A DNA stretch of 64,000 nucleotides from a virus. Under the pieces are notes generated by a model, which saw only the letters and a list, made by a program, of their open reading frames with translations, was not told the origin of the DNA and made no database searches. A program made the translations under genes and the position numbers. The stretch is from the IMG/VR virus record IMGVR_UViG_3300025273_000046; one strand, written 5' to 3'. Positions 29,536 to 39,302 of this stretch are shown here, piece after piece. How positions within the stretch are numbered: the stretch's first letter is position 1; each line of letters opens with the position of its first letter.

Positions 29536-30201
29536 TCAGACCCGATAATTTCGGAATCGCTTCAGAGAGCCAGCGATCACCTCGGGAACGGCGCCGTCAT
29601 TCTGCTGGCCGGGTATTGCCCCGATCCAATATTCTTGCTGCTGGACCATGATGTCGGTGACCTCGGTCCGATCACTCTTCAGGAACGGATCACGGCTCTT
29701 GGCGAGCCAGAGCGACTTCAGGAAGTCCATCGCCGCAAACTTCAAATCACCTGGAATAGTCTCGAAACCGGCCTCATAAACGACGACGATCTTCGAGCTG
29801 CGCCATGCACTTGGGCAGTCGGATCGCATGCGCGTTACGATGCCCGCTTCGGGATCAACGATATAATCAGTCGCCGTCAACGCAGTGTCGCCATCCGTCA
29901 GACTGGTGATATCAGCATTATGCCGGCGGGCGAGCAGCAAGCGATCGAGGTAGACGCTGTAGAAGGTTTCGGTCAGCGTCTCCTTCTTCAGGGTGGGCTC
30001 GCCGCCATTCCCGATCGCAATATTGCATTCAGACGCGATCGCCGCGGCGACGCGCTGGTCAAGCGCCAGCAATGTTGCATCTTTACTTGCATCACCAGCG
30101 TCAAGCCCAGCGGCTTCCCGACGCTCTTCCACCGTCAGAAGCGTCAGGTCCGTCGCCGCGGTCGTGACGACGAGCGTGCTCCGCATAGGCTTCCGGATCA
30201 T
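29536..30201 (-). CDS. Head-tail connector (gp6-like)
   Basis: Position; VVYEAGFETIPGDLKFAA motif. Confidence 0.8.
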   Translation of the reverse strand: MIRKPMRSTLVVTTAATDLTLLTVEERREAAGLDAGDASKDATLLALDQRVAAAIASECNIAIGNGGEPTLKKETLTETFYSVYLDRLLLARRHNADITSLTDGDTALTATDYIVDPEAGIVTRMRSDCPSAWRSSKIVVVYEAGFETIPGDLKFAAMDFLKSLWLAKSRDPFLKSDRTEVTDIMVQQQEYWIGAIPGQQNDGAVPEVIAGSLKRFRNYRV

Positions 30202-30203
30202 GC

Positions 30204-30815
30204 TTATTCCGCCTGATCGCCATTGCCGCCGGCGCCGGCATCGCTCGCAGCGCCCTCGGGCTGGCCCGCTTGCGCCGCGTCCGTTCCATCACCAGTGCCA
30301 TCGCCATCGCCCGACTGCGGCTCGTCACCGCTTTTGGGTTCGACGGGAGGCGTGGTGATGCCTGCGGCAACCAGCGCCGCGATGATGTCGGCCTTCGTTG
30401 CACCGCTTGGGACTTCGACGTTCGCTGCTTCTGCGATCGCCAGCAGGTCGGCCTTTCTCAGCACTTCCAGCGCCGTCGTGTCGACTTCGGCTTCAGCCGC
30501 TTCCGCAGGGTGCAGAATGCTCCAGGCGAGATCCCTCGCCGCGACCAGGTTCGGAAGGTCGACTTCCTTGCTGACGTTCACGCCGCCGGGATCGAACAGA
30601 TCGAATCCGCCCCCTGGAATTGACTCCACGCGGAAACCACGCGGCAACTCATCCGGCCGGTTCACGACGACGGGCTCGACCTTCAGCCCTGCATCGGCGA
30701 TTTCCTCGTCGGTGACCGCCGCGACGGTTCCCATTGCCAGGCACGACTGTGCGGCGTCATACGGCATGTTGATGATGTTTCCGGCCTCGCGGCCGATCAG
30801 CTGTCTGACAAACAT
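30204..30815 (-). CDS. Hypothetical protein with a HeH/LEM (Rho_N-like) motif
   Basis: LRKADLLAIAEAANVEVPSGATKADIIAAL. Confidence 0.7.
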   Translation of the reverse strand: MFVRQLIGREAGNIINMPYDAAQSCLAMGTVAAVTDEEIADAGLKVEPVVVNRPDELPRGFRVESIPGGGFDLFDPGGVNVSKEVDLPNLVAARDLAWSILHPAEAAEAEVDTTALEVLRKADLLAIAEAANVEVPSGATKADIIAALVAAGITTPPVEPKSGDEPQSGDGDGTGDGTDAAQAGQPEGAASDAGAGGNGDQAE

Positions 30816-30885
30816 GGGTAACCCCTGAAATATGTCGATCGGAGATCTCCGCCGAGCCGAAGCCCGGCGGCCATCACGTCAAAGA

Positions 30886-31371
30886 TCAGTCAATGATCGC
30901 GCTCGGCGGCGTTTCCTGCGCATAGCGAAGGTCGGCCAGCAGGAACACGCCCGCGGTGATGTTCGCCGCATTCGAGGCGCCGGTGGTGACATAGATGCAG
31001 TCGAAGCCGTTGTTCAGATCGAGCAGCGCCGGGTCGATCTCGAAGATCACCTGCTTGTTCTTAACGGCCGCATCCGTCGTGTAGTTCACCGCGTCGGTGC
31101 GGCGAACAAGCGTGTCGGAGGCCGCGGTGTCCAGGTTGGACCAGATCGGCACGGCATTCGCCAGAACCTTGGCGCCGGTCCCGGCAACGTCCTGAGCCTG
31201 CATCGGCGTCAGCGCGACAGTGGCGGCGTTGCCCTGCGTCAGTGAAATGACGATGAAGGCTTTGCCGGCATTCTTCAAGTTGATGATGTCGGAGCTGCGG
31301 CCGGCAGCATCGGCGGCCGGCGCCAGAGCTTCGACAAGCTTGAGCTGCTGTGGAAGTGTAAAGCGTGTCAT
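30886..31371 (-). CDS. Probable capsid decoration protein
   Basis: Directly after the capsid gene; beta-rich Ala/Thr composition. Confidence 0.55.
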   Translation of the reverse strand: MTRFTLPQQLKLVEALAPAADAAGRSSDIINLKNAGKAFIVISLTQGNAATVALTPMQAQDVAGTGAKVLANAVPIWSNLDTAASDTLVRRTDAVNYTTDAAVKNKQVIFEIDPALLDLNNGFDCIYVTTGASNAANITAGVFLLADLRYAQETPPSAIID

Positions 31372-31434
31372 CTCGCATTGTCCTTCAGAAAAGAGTGAGG
31401 GAGGAGGCAGGCCGCGAGACCTGCCGGATCAGGT

Positions 31435-32772
31435 TCAGCGCGTCTGCAGCGCGATGAACGGGCTCTGCGTCTTCGTGCCTTTGTACGGCGTCATCGGCAC
31501 GGACCAGATGGGCTGACCGTTGAAGCGATAGACGAAGCGGAAGCAGGTCTCGTCATAGATAAACCGGACATGAATCGAAGACGCCGATTCCAGCGGACCC
31601 TTGTCGATCGCCAGATACTGCGAGAGATCGACAAGCATGATGTCGCCGGCAGTGCCGAGAGTGGCGGCATATTCGACCGGGATCACCGGACGCCCCATCA
31701 GGGTGGCGTATTGATTTCCGCCCTGACCGGCCGGCGTGAACATGATCTGCGGCGCCTGAATGCCGCCGACGTTTTCCGTGCCGGCGACGTTCTTGATCTT
31801 GATGTTGAACTGGTAGAGCTGGGGCTCGACATCTTGGTTGACGATCCAGACGGCGTTCTTGCGGGAACGCGCAGGCATACGCGCCCACATGTTCAGGATG
31901 TTTTCCGCGACGATGGTCGCTGCGAGCTGCCCGGTCTCTTTCGGCACGGTGATGACGGCGCCGCTGTTGAGGAAGCCGAGCGGCATGCCCGAGCCGGAGC
32001 CGTTGACGATCGCGTCCTCGATCTTGAAAAGGAATTCATCGGAGAACGCTTTGTTGAGCCAGGCCGCGAGCGCTGTGCTGTCCTGCAGCAGTTCGTCCGT
32101 CGCATAGCAGAGCCCCGTCAGCTTATCGAGATCCATGCCGATCCGGCGGAATTTCGGGCGGGAGGGAGTCTTCAACTGCGCCTCGCCCGTCCAGAACGCC
32201 TGCACGCCACCCCAGCGGGAGCCGTTGGCGCGACTGGTTTCGTCGACACCATTGATGCGGATGCCGTTGGAGTTTGCGCCGATCGGGATGCGGTTGACGC
32301 GGCTGGCGATTTCGCCGGCTTCATAGGTATTCTGCAGCAGGTCGTTGGCGAAATCGACCTGAACCAGGAAGCCGCCATCAGCCGCAATACCCTCGGACAT
32401 CCCGGTCGGCCCGGCGGACGGAGCTGCGACAAGGCGGGGGTCAATTATCCGGAATGACGGATGATCGGCGCGGGCAACCGCCATCATCTGCTCGCCCAGT
32501 GAAGCGAAGCGAGCCCCATTGTCGCGGCCATTACCGCGAAGATCGGCGACCTCATTGCCGTCCTGGGCCGCACCAACCGAACGCTGGCGCTCCATCTGCC
32601 GTTCGGCACGTTCGATATTGGCGTCGAGCTCCATCAGCTCCGCGCCGATCGCGTCGTCGCGGGCATTTTCTTCGGACGTCAGATTGCGGTTTTCCTTCGC
32701 CGCAAGGTCAAAAATCCCTTGGGCCTCGCGGACGAGGTCGGCGCGACGCTGGCGGAATGCCTTGATAGACAT
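31435..32772 (-). CDS. Major capsid protein (HK97 fold)
   Basis: N-terminal coiled-coil delta domain; ADGGFLVQVDF, TLMGRPV, GDI.LVDLSQY and F..DET.FRF..R motifs. Confidence 0.95.
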   Translation of the reverse strand: MSIKAFRQRRADLVREAQGIFDLAAKENRNLTSEENARDDAIGAELMELDANIERAERQMERQRSVGAAQDGNEVADLRGNGRDNGARFASLGEQMMAVARADHPSFRIIDPRLVAAPSAGPTGMSEGIAADGGFLVQVDFANDLLQNTYEAGEIASRVNRIPIGANSNGIRINGVDETSRANGSRWGGVQAFWTGEAQLKTPSRPKFRRIGMDLDKLTGLCYATDELLQDSTALAAWLNKAFSDEFLFKIEDAIVNGSGSGMPLGFLNSGAVITVPKETGQLAATIVAENILNMWARMPARSRKNAVWIVNQDVEPQLYQFNIKIKNVAGTENVGGIQAPQIMFTPAGQGGNQYATLMGRPVIPVEYAATLGTAGDIMLVDLSQYLAIDKGPLESASSIHVRFIYDETCFRFVYRFNGQPIWSVPMTPYKGTKTQSPFIALQTR

Positions 32773-32883
32773 GTTTCAAGCTCCATAGGTTAGGTAGGCC
32801 GGGAGTGGGCGCGGAAGTCTGCCCACGGTCCCGGCGGAGCGTGGGGCGCAAACAGATGTAAATGCTCTTATCGAGTGGCCGCT

Positions 32884-34023
32884 CTAGCCGGCTGATCTCA
32901 GACGATGAGCATGCCTGCGACGGCGGAACGCATCGCTTTCGGATGCGGACATGGCGGAATAGTCCGGCTCATTCGCGGCATGTTCCGGCTCGGAGGAATC
33001 TAGCTGTGCCTGGCCGCTGATATCCTGCTGGTCGGTTCCGGCTGCACCTCCATCGCCCTGAACGTCGACCAGGTTGACAGCATCTGCCTTGGCGGCGGTC
33101 GAGCCCTTCTTGGCCGAAGCCAGCCGACGGATCGTACCGTCGAGCGTGTCGACGCGATCTGCCATCTTCGCCTTGACCGCCTGCTTGTCTTTTACGACGC
33201 GCCCTTCGCCGAAGCCGCCCATGACGTCGTGGACAGAGACGCCACGGCCGCGCGCGACCGCTGAAACGAAATCACCGTAGAAGGCGTCGACATTCGACTG
33301 GGCGGCCTGCGCGGCCTCATCGGAAAGAGGCTCGAACGCATTGCCTTCGACCTTGTACTTGCCGGCAGAAATGAACGTGAACTTCAGGCCGGCCGCGTCG
33401 ACTGCCCTCGACACATCCTGGTGCAGCGAGTAGACGCCGATCGAGCCCGCCATCGCGCCAGGCGTCATGACGATCTCGTCGCAGGAACTGGCGATCCAAT
33501 AGGCTGCCGACGCGCAGAGGCTGTTGACTTGCGCGATGACCGGCTTATCGCCGCGGCCATTGTAGATTTCATCGGCAAGCGCCTGAACGCCGCTGACGTT
33601 TCCGCCCGGGCTATCGAAGTTGATCACGATTGCCTTCACCGATGGATCGCTCTTCGCGGCACGGTAGCTGTTGGCGACACGTTCAGTCGAAGTGCCGCCT
33701 GGCCCGCTGATATCGTCGACCTGCGACGCGTGCTGCGCGACAATGCCGAAGAAGGAGATAACCGCGATGACGGTTGCTGCCGACGACGATCCGCCCGGCG
33801 CAGCCGCGGAGACGTCCATGGCGTGGCCCGTGTCCGCATCGTAGTGGGTCGCAACGCCGTTCGGCTGCCGCTCGCCCTTGATGCCGGCGATCTCTTCAGG
33901 CGAAAGCCGCACGCCTTCAACTCGGCGTTCGACCACCTCGGCGATCGCCTCAAGCCGATCCGGCATGATTGCCCACGGCTGCTGCATGATCGCGGCACGA
34001 AGATGCGGAAACCTAGTCGTCAT
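32884..34023 (-). CDS. Head maturation protease, S49 (SppA-like)
   Basis: FDSPGG, CASAAYWIAS, AGSIGV and ISAGKYK motifs. Confidence 0.93.
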   Translation of the reverse strand: MTTRFPHLRAAIMQQPWAIMPDRLEAIAEVVERRVEGVRLSPEEIAGIKGERQPNGVATHYDADTGHAMDVSAAAPGGSSSAATVIAVISFFGIVAQHASQVDDISGPGGTSTERVANSYRAAKSDPSVKAIVINFDSPGGNVSGVQALADEIYNGRGDKPVIAQVNSLCASAAYWIASSCDEIVMTPGAMAGSIGVYSLHQDVSRAVDAAGLKFTFISAGKYKVEGNAFEPLSDEAAQAAQSNVDAFYGDFVSAVARGRGVSVHDVMGGFGEGRVVKDKQAVKAKMADRVDTLDGTIRRLASAKKGSTAAKADAVNLVDVQGDGGAAGTDQQDISGQAQLDSSEPEHAANEPDYSAMSASESDAFRRRRHAHRLRSAG

Positions 34024-35344
34024 GTTCTTGCTCCGAGAATACGTCGTGATCGTCGAGGGCGGGACCGCCGTTGTGGCCGATCTGCGCCGCGGTTAGGCCT
34101 GCCGAATTGTTGATCGGCATATTGTCGGGAGTGGTGGTGTTGGTTGGGACAAGCGGCTCATCCAGGCCGTCGATGGGGTTATATCCGAGCGCCTCGCGCG
34201 CTTCGTTGCGCGTCAAGATGCCATTCAGAACGAGACGCGAATAGAAATCGGCCAGCGCCTTGGAATCGCCCCTGATCAGGGGCTCGACATCGAACTGCGC
34301 CTCGTAGAGGTTCGGCGCAAGGATAAGGTCGCGACGAATGCCGGAGGTCCAGCAGCTGAGCCAGGGCATCAAATTGTTGCGGACGAAGGCCAGCATAATT
34401 GCTTCGACCCCAGTTCCCCAGGAACTGGTCTTCGTCATGTGATGCAGAAGCACCAAAGGCACGTCGAACCAGCGCGCGATCTCCTCGATCGAGAACTCCC
34501 GGCTCTGGATAAACTGGGCCTCCTCGGCATTCATACTGATCGACTTGAACTCGGCGCCTTGTTCCAGGATGGGCGTTTTCCCGGCATTCCCAAGACCGCT
34601 GAAGGATTGATTCCACTGCGTCTTGAACCGTTCGAATGCGGGATCGCTCATCTCCGTCTTGACGCTGACCACACCCGAGGGACGCGCGCCGTTCGAAAAC
34701 ATGCGGGCGCCGTGCTCTTCAGCGGCGAGGGCAAGCCCGATCGTTTCCTTGGCATAGGCAATCGGGCTGATGCCGACGATGCCACCAGGCGCCATATGGC
34801 TGCGGAGGTGGAACATTTCGTCCTGCAGCAGGATCCGCGTCCCCTTCATTGGGTCGGAGACGGTGTAACGGATCGAATAATCCGGCATCCGCTCCGCAAT
34901 GACGCGATCGGGATGGATGGGCTCCAGCCGATCGGCAAAACCGCGAGGGCCGGCGATGATCTCGGCATACCCATTGCCACGGAGCGCCAGATGACCCATC
35001 AGCATCGCCTTGAAGTCCCAGGCTGACTGCCACGGGTTCGGCTGATGCTCAAGCAACTCGTTCAACGGATGTTCCGGCGCCTCGAACCTCTTCCCGGTCG
35101 CAGGATCCTTGCGATACATCCGCAATGGCAGCGTCGCCACCGTCTTCGACAACAGCGCGATGCAGGCATAGGCCGCAGATACGCGCAGAGAGCCGTCCAC
35201 CGATACCCGGCGACCCGCGTTGCTCGTCCGCGACAGATCGCCTTCGTACCAGCGATCGGCCGCATCATCGAGATATAACGGGTCCGACGCCTCGTCGTCC
35301 GAAGCCCGGAAACTACCGCCGAGCATGGCAGAAAGCAGCCCCAT
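34013..35344 (-). CDS. Portal protein (HK97 family)
   Basis: LNELLEHQPNP, LALRGNGYA, GISPI, F.NGARPSG and NEAREALG motifs. Confidence 0.95.
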   Translation of the reverse strand: MGLLSAMLGGSFRASDDEASDPLYLDDAADRWYEGDLSRTSNAGRRVSVDGSLRVSAAYACIALLSKTVATLPLRMYRKDPATGKRFEAPEHPLNELLEHQPNPWQSAWDFKAMLMGHLALRGNGYAEIIAGPRGFADRLEPIHPDRVIAERMPDYSIRYTVSDPMKGTRILLQDEMFHLRSHMAPGGIVGISPIAYAKETIGLALAAEEHGARMFSNGARPSGVVSVKTEMSDPAFERFKTQWNQSFSGLGNAGKTPILEQGAEFKSISMNAEEAQFIQSREFSIEEIARWFDVPLVLLHHMTKTSSWGTGVEAIMLAFVRNNLMPWLSCWTSGIRRDLILAPNLYEAQFDVEPLIRGDSKALADFYSRLVLNGILTRNEAREALGYNPIDGLDEPLVPTNTTTPDNMPINNSAGLTAAQIGHNGGPALDDHDVFSEQEHDD

Positions 35345-35544
35345 TATTTGCCACCGCGCAATGTGCCGAGCACAGCCAGGCCGACAAGGATGCCGCCAGC
35401 GACCATGAAGCCGGCCGGCGGATATGACAGCCAAGCCCCGTAGCCGGCGAGCGCGGCGCCCGCGGCTCCGACAATCTCGCGGATCGTCTGGCGATCGACT
35501 TTCAAGCTCGAATCCGAGTGCTCTTTCAGCGGTCGTTCCGGCAT
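35344..35544 (-). CDS. Small membrane protein
   Basis: Two hydrophobic segments; between terL and portal, as common in this phage type. Confidence 0.7.
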   Translation of the reverse strand: MPERPLKEHSDSSLKVDRQTIREIVGAAGAALAGYGAWLSYPPAGFMVAGGILVGLAVLGTLRGGK

Positions 35545-37340
35545 CAGGCCACCCTCAATCCGCGTTTCTCGTAGACCGAGCCGGTCTTTTGTGGCTCGGG
35601 ATTTTTGATCATGATCGTGACGGCGTCGAAGAGAGCCATGACCGGGTCAATCTTTGCGTCGCCAGCTGTTTGCTTGGTCGCGCGGATAGCAGTCGCGGTC
35701 GGCTCAATTTTGAGGTTGGACACGCACCAACTCATCATCTCGCCGCCGGCATGACGCAGCGTCCCATTCGACAAACGGCGTTCGGCAGTTTTGATCGCGT
35801 TCATCAGCGCGTAGCCCTGCGACACGCCAACCAGCAGACCGTTTTCCTGTGTGACATCGATGTCCGGCGTCGCCAGCGCATCGACCAAATCACCGATCAC
35901 AGCTGGGTCGACTGCCACGCAAGCGAGAAGATCCAGAGCCTTGATCGTCTTGATGATGTCGACAATCGCCGCGATATCCTCGAGCGCCATGTCGATGATC
36001 GTCAGGTGCCCCGCCTTCTCGAAGTCGAGCAGCTTCGGCGCGATCTTCTTTCGGATCTTGAGGACGTCGCGATGGCACCAGGCGTGAGACCAACTGAGCC
36101 AACGTTTCATCCAGACCGACTTCTCGCGACCATTGACCTTTATCTTAACCTCGACCTCTTCCGGTTCCCGGCCAACCACCGTCAGTCCGAAAAGGTCATC
36201 AAGGCCGCCGCCATCAGCCGACACGACGACTGACTCGCAACGCTCCAGCAGTCTGCTCAACGCCTCGAATGGCGGAAGCGCGGCGAGCTCCTCGTCTACC
36301 GCCGTTGCCCAATGATTGGCGCCCGGCCAGCGGTTCGCCCGCAAGCGCATGCCGATCTCGATGTTCAGATGCTTTGCAAGGAAGCTCTGAACCGTATCCC
36401 CTTCCTCGTCCGCACCCGATCGAACGGCGAGCAGTTTTCGCTCAAGCCAATCGCGGCGCACCGATCGTCCCATATTGGGGTTGGTGATGTGCCAGTTGTC
36501 CGGATCGAGATATGCCTCGTTGGCGATCATCGAATCCGGGAATTCGTAGAGGACTGCCATGCTCTGCGGATCGCTGATCTTGCCGTCGCGAACATCGCGA
36601 AAATAATCTAGTTTCTGCTTGAACACGCCGGCGGGCGGCTCGTCGGACTGGGTCGAGATGTAGATCACGAACCCTTCCGGGCGCGAGATCAGGCCGCCAG
36701 TCGCCTCCTGGAGCATTGCCGCAGCGCTCGCCTTTTTGCCGAACAGCCACAGCTCGTCGACGAGAACAAATGCCGCTTTCTTGCCCGCGGCAGTTCCTGA
36801 ATCGGCCGAGACAATCTTCAGGATCGCCCTGGTGACCGTATGCGTGATGCTCTTCACATTGTCCTGAATGTGAAGCAGCACCGACAGATCAGGGTCAGCG
36901 CGGATCATCGCAGCAGCTGGTCCGAAGGAGTTCTCGGCAACTTCGCGCGTCGGCGCCAGGACGGCCAGCTCTTGGTGCGGTCGCCAGTTCCGGATCAGAG
37001 CCGTCACCATGATGCCGGCGACGATCGTCGACTTGCCGTTCTTCTTGCTGATGAGCAGGAAGAACTCTTCGATCAACCGGTGCGCGGAATCCGGATCGTA
37101 AGCCCCGAAAACAGCCTCGACGAAGTCGAAGACGAACTGATCGCAGACCTCGCCGAAGGTAGGATGTCGATAGAGGCCGGTCTTGCGGTCGAAAACCTGC
37201 GGCATGTCGCAGACCTGTAACGACTTGAAAACCTCGAGCGCGGCCGCGGCCTCTTCGGGAAAGAGCGGAGGGATCGGGATCAGGCTTTCGCCCGCAACGA
37301 TCCGGCGCTCCCAGTCGGGACAAGCTGTCGAGAACCGCAT
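35544..37340 (-). CDS. Terminase large subunit
   Basis: Walker A ISKKNGKST, Walker B VLVDELW, nuclease DGGGLDDL and KIDPVMA. Confidence 0.96.
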   Translation of the reverse strand: MRFSTACPDWERRIVAGESLIPIPPLFPEEAAAALEVFKSLQVCDMPQVFDRKTGLYRHPTFGEVCDQFVFDFVEAVFGAYDPDSAHRLIEEFFLLISKKNGKSTIVAGIMVTALIRNWRPHQELAVLAPTREVAENSFGPAAAMIRADPDLSVLLHIQDNVKSITHTVTRAILKIVSADSGTAAGKKAAFVLVDELWLFGKKASAAAMLQEATGGLISRPEGFVIYISTQSDEPPAGVFKQKLDYFRDVRDGKISDPQSMAVLYEFPDSMIANEAYLDPDNWHITNPNMGRSVRRDWLERKLLAVRSGADEEGDTVQSFLAKHLNIEIGMRLRANRWPGANHWATAVDEELAALPPFEALSRLLERCESVVVSADGGGLDDLFGLTVVGREPEEVEVKIKVNGREKSVWMKRWLSWSHAWCHRDVLKIRKKIAPKLLDFEKAGHLTIIDMALEDIAAIVDIIKTIKALDLLACVAVDPAVIGDLVDALATPDIDVTQENGLLVGVSQGYALMNAIKTAERRLSNGTLRHAGGEMMSWCVSNLKIEPTATAIRATKQTAGDAKIDPVMALFDAVTIMIKNPEPQKTGSVYEKRGLRVA

Positions 37341-37344
37341 CGCC

Positions 37345-37596
37345 CTACCGGCTGCACTTTCTGACGAGGACGGAGCCGAAGGATTTCACGGTTCCATCCT
37401 CGCCACGAACGATCCAAATGATACGCTTCGCCACGGGGCTGGACGCTCGGCACTGCGTCCGCGAAACCGTCGTCCGTTGATCGCTGATGTCAGGCTTCTC
37501 TGCCACCTGCTTTGCCAGCGCCTGCTTCACCAGCAGCGTCAGCGCGCATAGGGTGGCAATGACCAGAACGGAGAGGGCGATCATCGGGCGACGCAT
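37345..37596 (-). CDS. Hypothetical protein with N-terminal signal/TM
   Basis: Hydrophobic N-terminus; lies between the terS and terL regions. Confidence 0.5.
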   Translation of the reverse strand: MRRPMIALSVLVIATLCALTLLVKQALAKQVAEKPDISDQRTTVSRTQCRASSPVAKRIIWIVRGEDGTVKSFGSVLVRKCSR

Positions 37597-37602
37597 CGGG
37601 TC

Positions 37603-37848
37603 TCAGGCGGCCGGCGTGAAGTCGACGTAGTATTCCCTGCCGAGATCGAACTTGTCGATCGCGTCAGGGTTCGTGATCGAGATCTTCAGCTCGCCGGACG
37701 GCGTTGCCCTGGACCAGGTCCTGTTGACGCCATCCTGCTCCCATACCGGGATCATGCGGATCGTGGTGAAAACATTGTTAGGGTCAGCGTTCTGTGCCGG
37801 CTCGATCGCCATGACACGAAACTTGGCTCTTACGACGGGTGCGCTCAT
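37603..37848 (-). CDS. Hypothetical phage protein
   Basis: SD AGGAG; RAKF...ATPSG.L.I.I.NP.A...F..G..YYVDF pattern. Confidence 0.75.
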   Translation of the reverse strand: MSAPVVRAKFRVMAIEPAQNADPNNVFTTIRMIPVWEQDGVNRTWSRATPSGELKISITNPDAIDKFDLGREYYVDFTPAA

Positions 37849-37894
37849 GCGTCTTCTCCTAGGTTAGCCCGGAAACCGCCGGGCGCGGATCACG

Positions 37895-38404
37895 CTAAAC
37901 CTCTTCGCCGCTCGCAACCGACTGGCCATTGTTGGCAATCAGCCGCGGCCCAACGGGAACGGCATACCGGCCGCCTCCACCGATCGCCCTGGCATTGTCG
38001 AGCCGCTGCTCCTTCTTGGAGACATAGCCCTTCGGCGCCGGCTTGTTTGCTGCCCTGCTCTGCAGTTCCCGACTGGCCTTCTCGGCGCTGACGGCGTCCA
38101 GCATCTTCAGCGCCCCAGAGAGAGCAGCGGCATTGCCGGCCAGCCCCTGCTGGATCTGGGCAGTGCGGAGCCTGGTCCTCAACCGAGCCAGCATGACATT
38201 GCGCTGCTTGAGCAGGTGATCGTAGTGCTTCCGCAACGTCTTGACGTCGAGACCCAAGGTCCCGGCCACTTCCTTGTTCGTCTGCCCGGCAGCCACAAGC
38301 ACCATCACGTTGATGATGCTGACCTCGGTCGGGACGTGCGAAGGCCGGCCTTCGCTGCGGCCTCGGTCGTAGGGGTTCCCGAAGAGGTCAAGATCCTGTT
38401 CCAT
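37895..38404 (-). CDS. Probable terminase small subunit (HTH)
   Basis: HTH-like NKEVAGTLGLDVKTLRKHY; between HNH/cos region and terL. Confidence 0.7.
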   Translation of the reverse strand: MEQDLDLFGNPYDRGRSEGRPSHVPTEVSIINVMVLVAAGQTNKEVAGTLGLDVKTLRKHYDHLLKQRNVMLARLRTRLRTAQIQQGLAGNAAALSGALKMLDAVSAEKASRELQSRAANKPAPKGYVSKKEQRLDNARAIGGGGRYAVPVGPRLIANNGQSVASGEEV

Positions 38405-38554
38405 ATCCCGATCAAGTGAAATGGGAAAAACTCGGTCCATTTCGGCCTTCTTGCTCCATGAGGAGCAGCTAAGCCGTTGAATTCTCTATTACCACCAGAG
38501 CCGAATTCGCGCGTCTCGCTTGATCGTCAGTCGACCGATGGGAAAAACTCGCCG

Positions 38555-38640
38555 GCCAGAAAAAAAGATGCAAGTGAGACCCATGCGGTTACGGCCCTAG
38601 TCGGGCTGTGGAGTTTTAAACCCCCTACCCCCTTGCCTCC
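38555..38640 (-). other. Putative cos/packaging region
   Basis: Between HNH and terS; G-runs GGGGGTAGGGGGTTTAAAA, then ACCGCATGGG and a T7 tract, the layout typical of cos phages. Confidence 0.4.
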
Positions 38641-38657
38641 CTCGACGATCGGAGGGG

Positions 38658-38987
38658 TCAGAACCGCTCGGCGAGCCGCTTCGCGCGCGCTGCCGCCGTC
38701 TTTCGGGTGTGGGATGCCCCGCATCGGAGCATCACGTTCTTGGGGTCGAGATGGGCGCCGCCGTCCTTCAGTTCGACGATGTGGTCGCCGAAGACGCGCA
38801 TGCCCTTCTTGTGCGTTCGGCCATCGCAATGCGGATCTTCGCAGATCCGGCCGCGCTCCTTGATGATCATCGCCATCAACGCGCGCCACTCCGGCGTCAG
38901 ATAGAAGGCATCGGCTTTCTTTTCAGGCGGCCGCACACTCCGCGTGTCCATCGCCGTCAGCGTCGATGCTGCCATCTTCATTTTCAT
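38658..38987 (-). CDS. HNH endonuclease (terminase-associated)
   Basis: FY.TPEWR...C...DHIVELKDGG...N...C..SHTRKT. Confidence 0.9.
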   Translation of the reverse strand: MKMKMAASTLTAMDTRSVRPPEKKADAFYLTPEWRALMAMIIKERGRICEDPHCDGRTHKKGMRVFGDHIVELKDGGAHLDPKNVMLRCGASHTRKTAAARAKRLAERF

Positions 38988-39112
38988 GATCAGTGGAGCC
39001 CGAGAGCGAGAACGCAGAGAGGAGCCGAGGCGACCACTATCCAGGCAAAGACGCCAAGAACGATGGCCGATAGTCTCAACAGGCGATTTGCGATGCGCAT
39101 ACTCTAGAGACG

Positions 39113-39136
39113 ACAAAGGCGACCCGAAGGTCGCCT
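39113..39136 (-). terminator. Terminator-like hairpin ahead of the late genes
   Basis: AGGCGACC-TTCG-GGTCGCCT followed by TTGTC on the minus strand. Confidence 0.6.
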
Positions 39137-39302
39137 GTCAATCATCTCATAGCAGTAGCACTGGCCCTGACTCGATGCCTCCGTTGAGGCGCTTAGGGCT
39201 GGGGCTGACCGGTGTACCGACCTCGGGCTTGCGCCCCGCACTCTCATGCGTTTTCAGAGGCTCACTTCAGGATCATCAGCTCATCCGTGATGCGATTTGT
39301 AG

